Positions 1 through 9,751 of a DNA stretch of 64,000 nt are shown here, one piece after another; the first letter of the stretch is position 1; each line of letters opens with the position of its first letter. The stretch is from Deltaproteobacteria bacterium (GTDB lineage: Bacteria > Lernaellota > Lernaellaia > JACKCT01). The notes below the pieces were generated by a model, which ran no database searches, was not told the DNA's origin, and saw nothing but the letters and a program-made list of their open reading frames with translations. Both the position numbers and the translations under genes were made by a program. The DNA is taken from the NCBI GenBank assembly GCA_020845895.1, contig JADLEX010000141.1:3872-67871 (forward strand), written 5' to 3'.

Positions 1-177
1 CTCTTGCGAGTCCTCGGAAATCCCCCGGATTGGCCGCGGAAATATACGGTAGGCCAGCGAATTATTCAAGAAAAATTTTCATGTTTTCGGGGCGTTCCGC
101 GTCTCCGGGGGGCGAAACGTGGAAACGTAATTTCCATTACGCAGTTAAAAGGGCGAATGGACCCGCGAATCCGACGG

Positions 178-963
178 TCAACCCTTCGCCGCAGCCGCCT
201 TCCGGGCTTTATCGTCGCCGTAGCCGGTCACCACGTAAGTGCCGCTTCGGGCGTCTTTCGTGATGTTGATGAGGTGGTCCTTCGCCGCGTCTTCCAGAAG
301 CTCCGAAAACGACCCGAAACCGTGGTAACTCTCGGAAAACTGGGGGCGTTTTCGTTTCATCGTCTGCTTGACGAGACTCGCCCACAGGATTTCCTTGTCC
401 TCTCGCAGCAGCGCCTCGATCGCCTCGAGCAGAAGCTCATAAGCCTCGCGGCGCGTGCTGGGGACTTGCCGTTCGATCGTGGGGACGTGTTTCGTCCGCT
501 CCAGGTCCTCGTAATAAATGAACTCGTCGCAGTTGCGCACGAGCAGCTCGCTCGTCGAGTCCTTGAGCCCCATCCCGATGACGTGCTTGCCGTTCTCCTT
601 CAGCTTCGAGATCAGCGGCGAGAAGTCGGAATCGCCCGACAGGATGACGAACGTGTCAATGTGCTCCTTCGAATAGCTCAGATCCATCGCGTCCACGACC
701 ATACGGATATCCGCCGAGTTCTTCCCGGTCATGGCCCGTTTCGGGATCTCGACCAGTTCGATCGCGCGCTCGTGCAGTTCCCGTTTGTAGTCGGCGTAAC
801 GTGCCCAGTCGGCGTACGACTTCTTGACGATGATCTTGCCTTTTTCGACGAGCCGGTCGAGCACGAGCGAGATCTCGAAACGCTTTTTGATGTCCTTGAT
901 GCCCAGCGCGATATTCTCGAAGTCGATGAATACCGCGATCGTGTGGTCGGGTGTTGTCGTCAA
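178..963 (-). CDS. NYN (LabA-like) domain protein with C-terminal OST-HTH/LOTUS-like region
   Basis: 261-aa ORF. The N-terminal half has the LabA/NYN architecture (VFIDFENI... SGDSDFSPL motif typical of NYN nucleases); the C-terminal half resembles an OST-HTH RNA-binding module. Confidence 0.75.
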   Translation of the reverse strand: MTTTPDHTIAVFIDFENIALGIKDIKKRFEISLVLDRLVEKGKIIVKKSYADWARYADYKRELHERAIELVEIPKRAMTGKNSADIRMVVDAMDLSYSKEHIDTFVILSGDSDFSPLISKLKENGKHVIGMGLKDSTSELLVRNCDEFIYYEDLERTKHVPTIERQVPSTRREAYELLLEAIEALLREDKEILWASLVKQTMKRKRPQFSESYHGFGSFSELLEDAAKDHLINITKDARSGTYVVTGYGDDKARKAAAAKG

Positions 964-1006
964 TTCCTCTCTCCCGCGTCCCGTTTGGGCGCGCGCCTCG
1001 CGCCGG

Positions 1007-2818
1007 TTAGAAAATGTCGTCCATCGCGGCGTGGTGGTCCGCCTCGATCGCCCGTGCCCGGGCGTGCGTCTCGACGAGAACCTGCGTCGCGAAAAATCCC
1101 GCGACCGCGGTCTTGCCTGTCAGATAGCGTCCGTGTTCGTCGGCGCGCGCCTGGGGCGTCATCGCCGCGAGTCGGTCCTGCGCGATCTTCGCCTGATTCA
1201 CGAGCAGATGCGCGACGCACACCTGCCCCATCATGAACAGCACGTCGCCCGCGTGCAACAACGGTCTGTATCCCCGCTCCGCCTCCGTCCGGCCGAGCGA
1301 TTCCACCGTGGAGACGAGCGCCCGGCGCGCATCTTCGACGAGACGGGCAAATTCGCCGAGGGTTTCGTGCGTCGCCAGCGAGCTCATGTCGGACTGGATG
1401 CGTTCCATGTATCCCGCGAAGATCTTTCCGCCCGCGAGCGGCACCTTGCGCGTCACGAAGTCGTTGGCCTGAATCGCGTTGGTGCCTTCGTAGATCGAGG
1501 CGATCTTGGCGTCGCGGCAGTGCTGTTCGGCGTCGTATTCCGACGTGTAGCCGTATCCGCCGAGGCACTGGATCGCTTCGACGGTGCACGCGAATCCGCG
1601 ATCCGATCCGTAGGCTTTGCAGACCGGCGTGAGCAGCTCGACGAAACCGCCGTACAGGACGCGCTCGGCGTCGCTCATCGCGGCATACGACATGTCGGTG
1701 AAGTACGAAGACGTGAGCAGCAGGGCGCGCAGACCTTCGACGTGCGCGCGCTGCCACATCAGGCTGCGGCGGACATCGGGGTGCTCGATGATCGGCACGT
1801 TCGGCGCGTCCTTGTCCTTGAGCCGCGCCCAGTTGGGGCTTTGCACGCGCTCCTTCGTGTAGTCGAGCGCGTACAGGTACGCCGCCGACGCGAGCGACAA
1901 ACCCTGCGTTCCGACCGCGATGCGCTCCTCGTTCATCATGCGGAACATGTAAACGAGTCCCTTGTTCTCCTCGCCCACGAGGATGCCCTCGCATGATCCG
2001 TTGTCGCCGAACGTGAGCTGGCTGGTGGCGCTCGCCTTGATGCCCATCTTGTGCTCGATGCGCGTGCAATGGACATCGTTGTGCGCGCCCATCGAGCCGT
2101 CGCCGTTCACGCGGAACTTGGGAACGACGAACAGGCTGATGCCCCGCGTCCCGGACGGCGCCCCCGGGGTCTTGGCGAGCACGAGGTGGATGATGTTTTC
2201 CGTCAGGTCGTGATCGCCCATCGTGATGAAGATCTTTTCGCCGGTGATGTGGTACCGGTCCTTCGTGCCTTCGATCTTCACCGCGGTCGAGCGGATCGAA
2301 CCGAGCGCAGATCCCGCGCCGGGCTCGGTCAGGCACATCGTGGCACCCCACTGGCCCGAGTAAATCTTTTCGAGGAACAGCGCGCGCGACTCGTCCGAAC
2401 CGTGATGCTCGATGACGCCGGCGGCCGCGGACGAGAGCCCCCCGGTGAGCCACAGGGCCGTATTGGCCGAGAAGAACAGGTCGTCCACGGCGACCTTGAG
2501 CGTGATCGGCAGCGCCTGCCCGCCCCACGCCGTTCCGCCGACCAGTCCGCACCAACCGCCTTCGGAGATCTTTCGCCACGCCTCGACGCACCCCGGCGGC
2601 ATCGTCACCGCGCCGTCGGCATGGCGCGCGCCGACCTCGTCGCCGATCTTGTTGATCGGCGCGAGAACCCCGGCGGCGAACTTGTCGGCCTCGGCGAGGA
2701 TCATCTTCGCCAGATCGGCGGAAAAGTCGGCGTAGCGGTCCGTGGCGGTGAGACTCGCGAGATCGAGCTGCTCGAACAGGACGAATTCGACATCACGCAG
2801 GTAGGTGCGAAACGGCAT
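1007..2818 (-). CDS. acyl-CoA dehydrogenase (long, approx. 600 aa, AcdA/FadE-like)
   Basis: 629-aa ORF with acyl-CoA dehydrogenase hallmarks (GATMCLTEPGAGSALG, IYEGTNAIQANDF) and a C-terminal extension. The likely start is the internal Met of MPFRTYLRDVEF, 26 codons into the ORF. Confidence 0.9.
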   Translation of the reverse strand: MPFRTYLRDVEFVLFEQLDLASLTATDRYADFSADLAKMILAEADKFAAGVLAPINKIGDEVGARHADGAVTMPPGCVEAWRKISEGGWCGLVGGTAWGGQALPITLKVAVDDLFFSANTALWLTGGLSSAAAGVIEHHGSDESRALFLEKIYSGQWGATMCLTEPGAGSALGSIRSTAVKIEGTKDRYHITGEKIFITMGDHDLTENIIHLVLAKTPGAPSGTRGISLFVVPKFRVNGDGSMGAHNDVHCTRIEHKMGIKASATSQLTFGDNGSCEGILVGEENKGLVYMFRMMNEERIAVGTQGLSLASAAYLYALDYTKERVQSPNWARLKDKDAPNVPIIEHPDVRRSLMWQRAHVEGLRALLLTSSYFTDMSYAAMSDAERVLYGGFVELLTPVCKAYGSDRGFACTVEAIQCLGGYGYTSEYDAEQHCRDAKIASIYEGTNAIQANDFVTRKVPLAGGKIFAGYMERIQSDMSSLATHETLGEFARLVEDARRALVSTVESLGRTEAERGYRPLLHAGDVLFMMGQVCVAHLLVNQAKIAQDRLAAMTPQARADEHGRYLTGKTAVAGFFATQVLVETHARARAIEADHHAAMDDIF

Positions 2819-3112
2819 CGGGCTTCTCCCCAAAGATTCGCCGGCCCGGCGAAAACCATCACATGATACGCGCGATACCGCGCGAAGGCGGCACACTCAA
2901 ACACGAAAAGCCGCCACGATTCAAGGCCAGGGCGGACCGCCGGAACCCTCCCCGTGGGCTTGGACGGGGGAATCGCCGGACCCCGGGGCCGAGTGGGCGC
3001 ACGTCAGTCGGGTTTTGCTTTTTCTCCGCGATTCGGTTAGCGTGCGTGTGATTTCCGCGAATAGTTGTTTGACGGACCGTCCAGTCGAATCCAACCGCAC
3101 AGGAGGAGAGCG

Positions 3113-3814
3113 ATGAGAGTCATGAAGTACGTCGTTTTGGCGATTTTGGCCGCCGCGTTGCTGGTGGGCTGCGGAGCGAAACCCGCGAGCATCGATGTCG
3201 AGCCCGGTTCGGTGACGCTCAAGTCGGCCGGGGCGACGCACACCCTGACGGCAACCGTGAAGGACGCGAAGGGGCAGGCGATCGAGAAGCACGAGCCGAT
3301 CGTGTGGTCCAGTTCGGACGCCGAGGTGGCCGAAGTCAGTGCGACCGGCGTGGTGAAGGCGAAGTCGTCGGGCAAGGCGGATGTGACCGCCGCGGCCGGC
3401 GAGGTGACCGCCACGATCAACGTGACCGTTCGCATCATCGCCGAGGTCGACGTGCACCCCGGCAAGGCAATCCTCGAAGTGGGCGATTCCAAGAACTTCG
3501 ACGCGACGGTGAAAGACGACAAGGGCAAGGTCATCACCGGCGAAAAGGTGAAGTGGTCGATCGGCGACGGTTCCGTCGCGTCGGTCAACGACAGCGGCGT
3601 CGTCAAGGGCAAGTCCAAGGGTGACACCACCGTTCGCGCGTCGGTCGAATCCGTTTCGGGCAAGGCCGAAGTGACCGTGAAGGACAAGGACGCCAAGACG
3701 ATCGAGCTGAAGGATGACGTCAAGGACAAGAAGCTCGACAAGGGCGGCAAGGACAAGAAAGAGCTCAAGCCGAAGCTGAAGGAAGGCGCCGGCGACAAGA
3801 AGCTCAAGAAGTAA
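3113..3814 (+). CDS. lipoprotein with tandem bacterial Ig-like (Big_2) domains and Lys-rich C-terminal tail
   Basis: GGAGGAG RBS before the ATG. Signal peptide plus lipobox (LLVGC). Repeated Big_2-like segments (ATVKDAKGQ..., VKAKSSGKADVTA...). Low-complexity KDKK tail. Confidence 0.75.
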   Translation: MRVMKYVVLAILAAALLVGCGAKPASIDVEPGSVTLKSAGATHTLTATVKDAKGQAIEKHEPIVWSSSDAEVAEVSATGVVKAKSSGKADVTAAAGEVTATINVTVRIIAEVDVHPGKAILEVGDSKNFDATVKDDKGKVITGEKVKWSIGDGSVASVNDSGVVKGKSKGDTTVRASVESVSGKAEVTVKDKDAKTIELKDDVKDKKLDKGGKDKKELKPKLKEGAGDKKLKK

Positions 3815-3911
3815 CTCGTCCGCGAATCGAACTTGAAACGGGAGGGCCTCCGGCTCTCCCGTTTTTTTGTACGCTGACCGAAGATGGCTCGACTCATCGC
3901 GGAGGTTTCGC

Positions 3912-4694
3912 ATGGGCAACCGAACGCGCGTGTGGGAAATTGTCGAAGTGTCCGGTGAGCGCGACAGCACGGCGCGAATCTTCGACGCGGCGATTCTGTC
4001 GCTCATCCTCCTGAATATCACCGCCGTGATTCTTGAAACCGTCGAGTCCGTTTACAGCGTTTCCCCGCGCTTTTTTCGGATCTTTGAGTGGGTTTCCGTT
4101 CTCGCTTTTACGATCGAGTATCTCGCCCGGCTTTGGTCTTGTACGGCAGATCCCCGATTCGCGACCCCTGTCACCGGTCGATTGCGTTTCATGTTTCGCC
4201 CCATGATGATCGTGGATCTGGTCGCGATCGTCCCGTTTTTCCTGGCGTCGTACGGCTACCTGCGCGTCGTTCGCGTGTTTCGCCTGCTTCGGCTTTTCCG
4301 AATTCTCAAAGTCGCCCGCTATTCGCTTGCGGTCCGAACAATGGGACGCGTTGTCCGGGCCAAACGGGAAGAATTGCTCGTCGCAGTATTCGTTTTGACC
4401 ATGCTGCTCGTTGTGGCGGCTGCGTTGATCTACACAACGGAGCACGAAGCTCAACCCATTGCTTTTTCCAGCATTCCCGACGCCATGTGGTGGGCGGTCG
4501 CAACGCTCACGACGATCGGGTATGGAGACGTTCGGCCAGTGACGGCTGCCGGGAAGCTGATCGCCTCGTTCGTCGCCATTATGGGGATCGCCCTCTTTGC
4601 ACTTCCCGCCGGGATCCTTGCTTCTGGATTCATGGAAGAGATGGCCTCAAAGAAGACCGTCATCTGTCCGCATTGCGGGAAAGAACATTCATGA
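3912..4694 (+). CDS. voltage-gated potassium channel (6TM, Kv/KvAP-like)
   Basis: S4-like voltage sensor with Arg at every third position (RVVRVFRLLRLFRILKVAR). K+ selectivity filter TTIGYGD. RBS GAGG before the ATG. C-terminal CPHCGKEH tail. Confidence 0.85.
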   Translation: MGNRTRVWEIVEVSGERDSTARIFDAAILSLILLNITAVILETVESVYSVSPRFFRIFEWVSVLAFTIEYLARLWSCTADPRFATPVTGRLRFMFRPMMIVDLVAIVPFFLASYGYLRVVRVFRLLRLFRILKVARYSLAVRTMGRVVRAKREELLVAVFVLTMLLVVAAALIYTTEHEAQPIAFSSIPDAMWWAVATLTTIGYGDVRPVTAAGKLIASFVAIMGIALFALPAGILASGFMEEMASKKTVICPHCGKEHS

Positions 4695-4721
4695 GTCGAA
4701 CCTCGGATCCGGCAACAAAGC

Positions 4722-5738
4722 CTATTTCGGCAAGACGATCGCTTCACGCAGTCGCTCGACCTCGGCGGTGAATTCACTCGCCCATTGAACCTCGCGCGAC
4801 GCAAGGGCGGCCGGGTCGATGTCGCCGTAGCTGCGCGCGAGCAACCACGGCAGCCGTCGCGAGGCGGTTTCGAGCGCCGTGAACAAGCGTTCGAGCGCGC
4901 TCGAATCGACGGCGGAAATGTCGAGCAACGATGTTCCCAGAAGTCCCGATGGATCGTTGTCGCGAAGTTCCCGGCGTTGCTCACGCACGAGCATTCCGTC
5001 GGCCAGGGCGATGAGACGTTCGTGCAGTTCGACCCGCGTCCGAAGCCGTCCGTCCTCGCGTCTCACGCGGATCGCGGCGACCTCGACGATGAACGCGTAA
5101 TCCACATCGAAATTGCGGCGGACCCGAAGAAGGTCGAGGGTGTGGCAAACCGTCGCCGTGTCGTTTCCCCGGGGTGTCGGGGTGAAAAGCGTCCGCGAAT
5201 CGGGTTCGACACGCCTGGGTAAACCCTTGCGCGCGACGACCGGTCGCGTCGGTTCGTCGAGGTAACGCAGCCCGCTCAGCGACTCCATCTCGTGCCACGG
5301 CTTCTCGATCCGGTCCTGCTCGGCCAGGCAGTCGGCCAGATCTCGCTCCGCGAGATACTCGCCGCCCGGTGCGGATGCGTGCAGGCGCAACTTGGGTTCG
5401 AGTGCGCGCCAGCCCTCCAGCACGTTGCGCGCCAGTTGCAATTCGAACGCGTGCGGCCAGCGGATGGGAACGGATTCGCCCTCGACGTTGTCTTCCACCC
5501 CGTTGGTATCGACACGCTCATGGGTGACACTGTCGGGAAGCAGAACCATGATGACGCTGCGTTCGGCTTCGCGAAAAGCCAGCAGGTGCCGCTCGGTGTC
5601 GAACTCCACGATGGTGACGCAGCCGGTGAGCCCAATCACGCACCCGACCGCGAGGACGAGGCACGACGCGAAACCAGCGAGTCGCGACGAATGGCACGCG
5701 GCGCTGGGGGATCGCGAGTTCGTCCCATGAAATGCGAT
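4722..5738 (-). CDS. hypothetical membrane-anchored/lipoprotein-like protein
   Basis: C-terminal approx. 340 codons of the 830-aa minus ORF. Begins MPDIAFHG... with a hydrophobic segment (LAGFASCLVLAVGCVIGLTGC) and is preceded by GGGGAGA. The upstream part of the long ORF is antisense to TolC and was rejected. No recognisable family. Confidence 0.45.
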   Translation of the reverse strand: MAFHGTNSRSPSAACHSSRLAGFASCLVLAVGCVIGLTGCVTIVEFDTERHLLAFREAERSVIMVLLPDSVTHERVDTNGVEDNVEGESVPIRWPHAFELQLARNVLEGWRALEPKLRLHASAPGGEYLAERDLADCLAEQDRIEKPWHEMESLSGLRYLDEPTRPVVARKGLPRRVEPDSRTLFTPTPRGNDTATVCHTLDLLRVRRNFDVDYAFIVEVAAIRVRREDGRLRTRVELHERLIALADGMLVREQRRELRDNDPSGLLGTSLLDISAVDSSALERLFTALETASRRLPWLLARSYGDIDPAALASREVQWASEFTAEVERLREAIVLPK

Positions 5739-5852
5739 ATCGGGCATATTCTCCCCGCGGGGCGGACCCCGCTCGACGTTGCCTCCCGCCGGAGCTTGTG
5801 ACATTTTAGCCTGCGCCGGGCGCAGGTCCACACGTCTTTCCCCGAGGTCGCC

Positions 5853-7217
5853 ATGACACGGAAAAAACTTTTCGGCATCGTCGTTCTTGCCGCACTGTTC
5901 GCCCTTTCCTCTCCGGTCGCCGCCGAGATGCTCACCCTGGAAAGCGCTGTCTCGATCGCGCTTGAAAATAACCGCTCGCTCGCCGCCGCGGGTCTGGAGG
6001 CGCAGGGGGCGGGCTATGGTCAGGCGAAGAGCATCAGCGGCTATCTGCCGAAAGTCTACTTCAATTCGTCGGTCACACGGATGGACCCCGACACCTTCGA
6101 CCGAATGGAGCAGTCCGACGAACGGCAGCGTCAGTTCTTCGAGTCGATGGGCATCGACACGTCGCAGATGGAGCCGAGCGTCTTTGAGACGACTTATCAA
6201 TCCTCGGTTCAGGTGCGTCAGCCGATCTTCAACGGCGGTAAGGAGATTGTCGGGATCCAGTCGGCGACCGTGCAGAAACGCCAGAAACGTTTCGCCGAGG
6301 AGGACGTGCACGCGTCGACCGCCAACGACGTGAAGAAGGCGTTTTTCGAGGCGCAGAAGGCCGCCGCGCTCGAGCGCACGCAGCAGGAAGCGGTGGCCCT
6401 CGCCCAGGAAACGCTCAAGCTCACCAAGGCGCGTTTCGAGGTGGGACAGGTGAGCCGCGCCGAGGTGCTGCGTTGGGAGAGTCAGGCGGCCTCCGCCGAG
6501 GGAGGGCTGATTCAGGCCAAAAACGGGGTGCGTCTCGCGCGACTGAACCTGAATGGGGTGATGGGCGTGGAACTCGACCGCGCTTGGGAGTATCCGGAAA
6601 TCGTGATGGAACTCGACGCCGCGTCTCTGGCAAAGGGTCAGGAGATCGGCGCGATGCCGCCGGCAAAATCCGAGGACATCGCGGCGCACCCCAGCATGAA
6701 AAACGTCGATGCGTCGCTGGACCTGTCGAAGACCGCACGCAACTACGAGGTGACGAACGTCCTGCCGAACCTGAACTTCATCTACAACTACGCGTGGGAG
6801 GACAACGACACGCTCGAACTCGACGGCGACGACGGCTGGACGGCGACGGTCGCGCTCGAACTCCCGCTCTTCCAGAGCCTCGGCGGCGCGTTCGGCATCG
6901 CGCAGGCGCATAGGAACCTGCTGGCGGCCCAAAAACGGCAGGACGACGCACGGCGCGGATTCATCCAGCGCATGAACGCGGCGCAGCTCAACATGGCGTC
7001 GGCGATTCAGCGTGTTGAAGCCGCGCGAAAGAATCTGAGCTTCGCCGAGGAGACGTACAAGATTGTGCAGTCGCGGCTCGAACTCGGCGCGGCGTCGAAT
7101 ATCGACCTGCTCGACGCGCAGGCCAACTACATCAGCGCCAAAAGCGGTTTGGTGGATGCCGTGGCCGATTTCCGCATCGCCGAATCGGAGTGGGATTACC
7201 TGACGGCCCCGCAATGA
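5853..7217 (+). CDS. TolC-family outer-membrane efflux protein
   Basis: 454 aa. Signal peptide (LAALFALSSPVAAE). Two-repeat OEP architecture with typical TolC motifs (LTLESAVSIALENN..., RFEVGQVSRAEVL, LELGAASNIDLLDAQ). Confidence 0.85.
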   Translation: MTRKKLFGIVVLAALFALSSPVAAEMLTLESAVSIALENNRSLAAAGLEAQGAGYGQAKSISGYLPKVYFNSSVTRMDPDTFDRMEQSDERQRQFFESMGIDTSQMEPSVFETTYQSSVQVRQPIFNGGKEIVGIQSATVQKRQKRFAEEDVHASTANDVKKAFFEAQKAAALERTQQEAVALAQETLKLTKARFEVGQVSRAEVLRWESQAASAEGGLIQAKNGVRLARLNLNGVMGVELDRAWEYPEIVMELDAASLAKGQEIGAMPPAKSEDIAAHPSMKNVDASLDLSKTARNYEVTNVLPNLNFIYNYAWEDNDTLELDGDDGWTATVALELPLFQSLGGAFGIAQAHRNLLAAQKRQDDARRGFIQRMNAAQLNMASAIQRVEAARKNLSFAEETYKIVQSRLELGAASNIDLLDAQANYISAKSGLVDAVADFRIAESEWDYLTAPQ

Positions 7218-7290
7218 CCTTCCGCGTGCCGTCCGTCATGGGCACCGGATCGGGACTGGTCTAGAATCGATCCGTCATCGAAATCGCGAG

Positions 7291-8196
7291 GTGCGCGTGG
7301 ACGTCGGATTTATCGGTCTCGGCAAGATGGGCCTCAACATGGTGCGTCGCCTTCGGCGGGACGAGCACCGCATCGTCGCGTTCGATCGCAGCGCGGAGGC
7401 GACGCACGCCGCGACCGAGGCCGGCGCGACCGCCGCGTCATCGGTCGCCGACGTGGTTACGAAACTCGACGCGCCGCGCGCGGTGTGGCTCATGCTCCCC
7501 GCGGGCGAGATCACGCAGGCGGTCATCGACGAGGTCTCGACGCACCTCGCACCCGGCGACATCCTGATCGACGGCGGCAACACGCGCTTTCACGACACGA
7601 TCGCCCGTTACGAGGCGGCGAAAACGCGCGGCATCCGTTTCGTGGACGTCGGCACCAGCGGAGGCATCTGGGGGCTGCGCGAGGGTTACTGCCTCATGGT
7701 CGGCGGCGATCGCGACGCCTTCGACCACATCGAACCGCTCCTGCGCACGCTCGCGCCGCCCGAGGGCTGTTTGTATTGCGGCGCCGCGGGCGCGGGGCAC
7801 TACGTGAAGATGGTGCACAACGGCATCGAATACGGGATGCTGCAGGCCTACGCCGAGGGCTTCGAGATTCTCGAGGCGTCACGATACGATCTCGATCTTC
7901 GCGCGGTTTCGGCGCTGTGGAATCGCGGCAGCGTGGTGCGTTCGTGGCTGCTGGAGATGTGCGAACGCGCGTTCGAGAGTGACCCGCATCTCGAGGCGAT
8001 CGGCGATCACGTCGCCGACTCGGGCGAAGGGCGATGGACCGTGCAGGAGGCGATGGATCTCGACGTTCCCGCGCCGGTCATCACGCTCTCGCTGCTCGCG
8101 CGGTTCCGGTCACGGCAGGACGAATCCTTCGGCGCGAAGGTGATCGCCGCGTTGCGCAACGAATTCGGCGGTCACGCCACCCGAAAGAAAGCATGA
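7291..8196 (+). CDS. gnd: 6-phosphogluconate dehydrogenase, short (decarboxylating, YqeC/Gnd-like) form
   Basis: 301 aa. N-terminal NAD(P) Rossmann fold (VGFIGLGKMGLNM). 6PGDH catalytic-region similarity (GTSGGIWGLREGYCLMVGG, HNGIEYGMLQAYAEGF). Sits in an operon with zwf and pgl. Confidence 0.8.
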   Translation: MRVDVGFIGLGKMGLNMVRRLRRDEHRIVAFDRSAEATHAATEAGATAASSVADVVTKLDAPRAVWLMLPAGEITQAVIDEVSTHLAPGDILIDGGNTRFHDTIARYEAAKTRGIRFVDVGTSGGIWGLREGYCLMVGGDRDAFDHIEPLLRTLAPPEGCLYCGAAGAGHYVKMVHNGIEYGMLQAYAEGFEILEASRYDLDLRAVSALWNRGSVVRSWLLEMCERAFESDPHLEAIGDHVADSGEGRWTVQEAMDLDVPAPVITLSLLARFRSRQDESFGAKVIAALRNEFGGHATRKKA

Positions 8197-8206
8197 GGAC
8201 GGACGC

Positions 8207-9751
8207 ATGAGCGCGAACCTCGGCCGTGTGTACAGCGTCCCCTCGCCGACGGGCCAAGGCACCGTCAGCGCGCGCCCCGTCGTTTTCGTCATCCTCGGCG
8301 GTACGGGCGATCTGGCGCGGCGCAAGCTCGTCCCCGCGATCTTCGAGATCGTGCGTCAGGGGCTGATCCCGCAGCCGGTTCACATCGTCGGCGCGGCGGG
8401 GTCGGATCTCACGCACGAGGAGTTTCGCGGTCGCGTGGCCGAGGCCGTGCGCGAGTTCGCGCGCGTCAAACCCGGGTCCGACGCGGAACTCGTCGAGTTC
8501 CTCTCCCACGTATTCTATCAATCTGTGAAGTTTCAGGACGCCGGGTCATTTCGTGAACTGAAGTTGCTGCTCGACGAACTCGAACGGGGCGGCGCGTCGC
8601 CGCACCGCATTTTCTACCTGGCCACGCCGCCGAGCGCATACGGCCCCATCGTTCAAAATCTTCAGGCCGTCGGTCTGGCCGACCGGCGGGACGATCTCTG
8701 GCCGCGCGTGGTGATCGAAAAACCGTTCGGCCGCGATCTGCCGTCGGCGCTCGAACTCAATCAGGTCGTCCTGTCGGTCTTCGACGAACATCAGGTCTAC
8801 CGAATCGACCACTATCTCGGGAAAGAGACCGTTCAGAACATCATGGTGTTTCGCTTTGCGAACGGCATCTTTGAGCCGACGTGGAATCGGCGATACATCG
8901 ATCACGTGCAGATCACCGTCGCCGAGGAAATCGGCATCGGTTCGCGCGGACGGTATTACGAAGAAGCCGGCGTGATCCGCGACATGGTGCAGAACCACAT
9001 GCTCCAGATCCTGTCGATGATCGCGATGGAGCCGCCCACCTCGTTCCACGCCGACAGCATCCGCGACGAGCGCGTCAAGGTGCTCAAGTGCATCCGGCCC
9101 ATCCCCGTCTCCGCGATCAACGAGCACGTCGTTCGCGCGCAGTACGGGTCGGGCCTCGCGAAGGGCTCGAAGGTGTGGGCCTATCGCGAGGAAGACAACG
9201 TCGCGGCCGAATCGATGACCGAAACCTACATCGCCATCAAGCTGTTCATCGAAAACTGGCGCTGGGCGGGCGTGCCGTTCTACCTGCGTTCGGGAAAGTA
9301 TTTGCCCAAGCGCGTCACCGAGGTCGCAATTCAGTACCGCGGCGTGCCGCATATGCTGTTTCGCGATGTGTTGACCGACCCGCTGGAGCCCAGCGCGCTC
9401 ATCCTGCGCATCCAACCCGACGAGGGCATCAGCCTCACGTTTTCGACCAAGCATCCCGGCATGTTGATGGACATCCGAAACCAGGCGATGGACTTCAATT
9501 ACTACGAGGCGTATGGCGACAAGGCTCCCGACGCGTACGAGCGGTTGCTGCTCGACGTGGTCGTCGGAGACGGCACGCTCTTTCCGCGCACCGACGCGGT
9601 GGTGGCGTCCTGGAAATTCGTGGACCAGATCGTCGAGGGTTGGCGCGCGAGCCGCGTGCGCAACCTCCCGCAGTACGAACCCGGCTCGTGGGGACCGGTC
9701 GAGGCCGTCGAAATGATGGCGGCGGATCAACGCAAATGGCGTCGCCCGTAG
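8207..9751 (+). CDS. zwf: glucose-6-phosphate 1-dehydrogenase
   Basis: 514 aa. NADP-binding GGTGDLARRKL, the G6PD active-site signature RIDHYLGKE, and MVQNHMLQIL. Confidence 0.92.
   Translation: MSANLGRVYSVPSPTGQGTVSARPVVFVILGGTGDLARRKLVPAIFEIVRQGLIPQPVHIVGAAGSDLTHEEFRGRVAEAVREFARVKPGSDAELVEFLSHVFYQSVKFQDAGSFRELKLLLDELERGGASPHRIFYLATPPSAYGPIVQNLQAVGLADRRDDLWPRVVIEKPFGRDLPSALELNQVVLSVFDEHQVYRIDHYLGKETVQNIMVFRFANGIFEPTWNRRYIDHVQITVAEEIGIGSRGRYYEEAGVIRDMVQNHMLQILSMIAMEPPTSFHADSIRDERVKVLKCIRPIPVSAINEHVVRAQYGSGLAKGSKVWAYREEDNVAAESMTETYIAIKLFIENWRWAGVPFYLRSGKYLPKRVTEVAIQYRGVPHMLFRDVLTDPLEPSALILRIQPDEGISLTFSTKHPGMLMDIRNQAMDFNYYEAYGDKAPDAYERLLLDVVVGDGTLFPRTDAVVASWKFVDQIVEGWRASRVRNLPQYEPGSWGPVEAVEMMAADQRKWRRP

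Noticed and set aside
4-1236. 410-aa plus-strand ORF spanning the window start
   Set aside because: Arg/Pro/Ser-rich low-complexity translation. It is antisense to two well-supported minus-strand genes (NYN protein and acyl-CoA dehydrogenase), so it is a typical high-GC antisense artefact.
960-2591. 543-aa minus-strand ORF in an alternate frame of the acyl-CoA dehydrogenase region
   Set aside because: Extremely Arg/Gly/His-rich with no domain features. The overlapping 629-aa frame has clear ACAD motifs.
2921-4021. 366-aa and 286-aa minus-strand ORFs overlapping the Big_2 lipoprotein and K+ channel
   Set aside because: The plus-strand genes have RBSs, signal or lipobox sequences, and clear domain signatures. 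The minus ORFs are low-complexity.
5748-7214. Upstream 490 codons of the 830-aa minus-strand ORF 4722..7214
   Set aside because: Antisense to the strongly supported TolC gene (5853..7217). Only the 3' approx. 340 codons, which have their own RBS-like sequence and hydrophobic N-terminus, were kept as a CDS.
8546-9730. 394-aa minus-strand ORF
   Set aside because: Antisense to zwf, which carries the diagnostic RIDHYLGKE motif.
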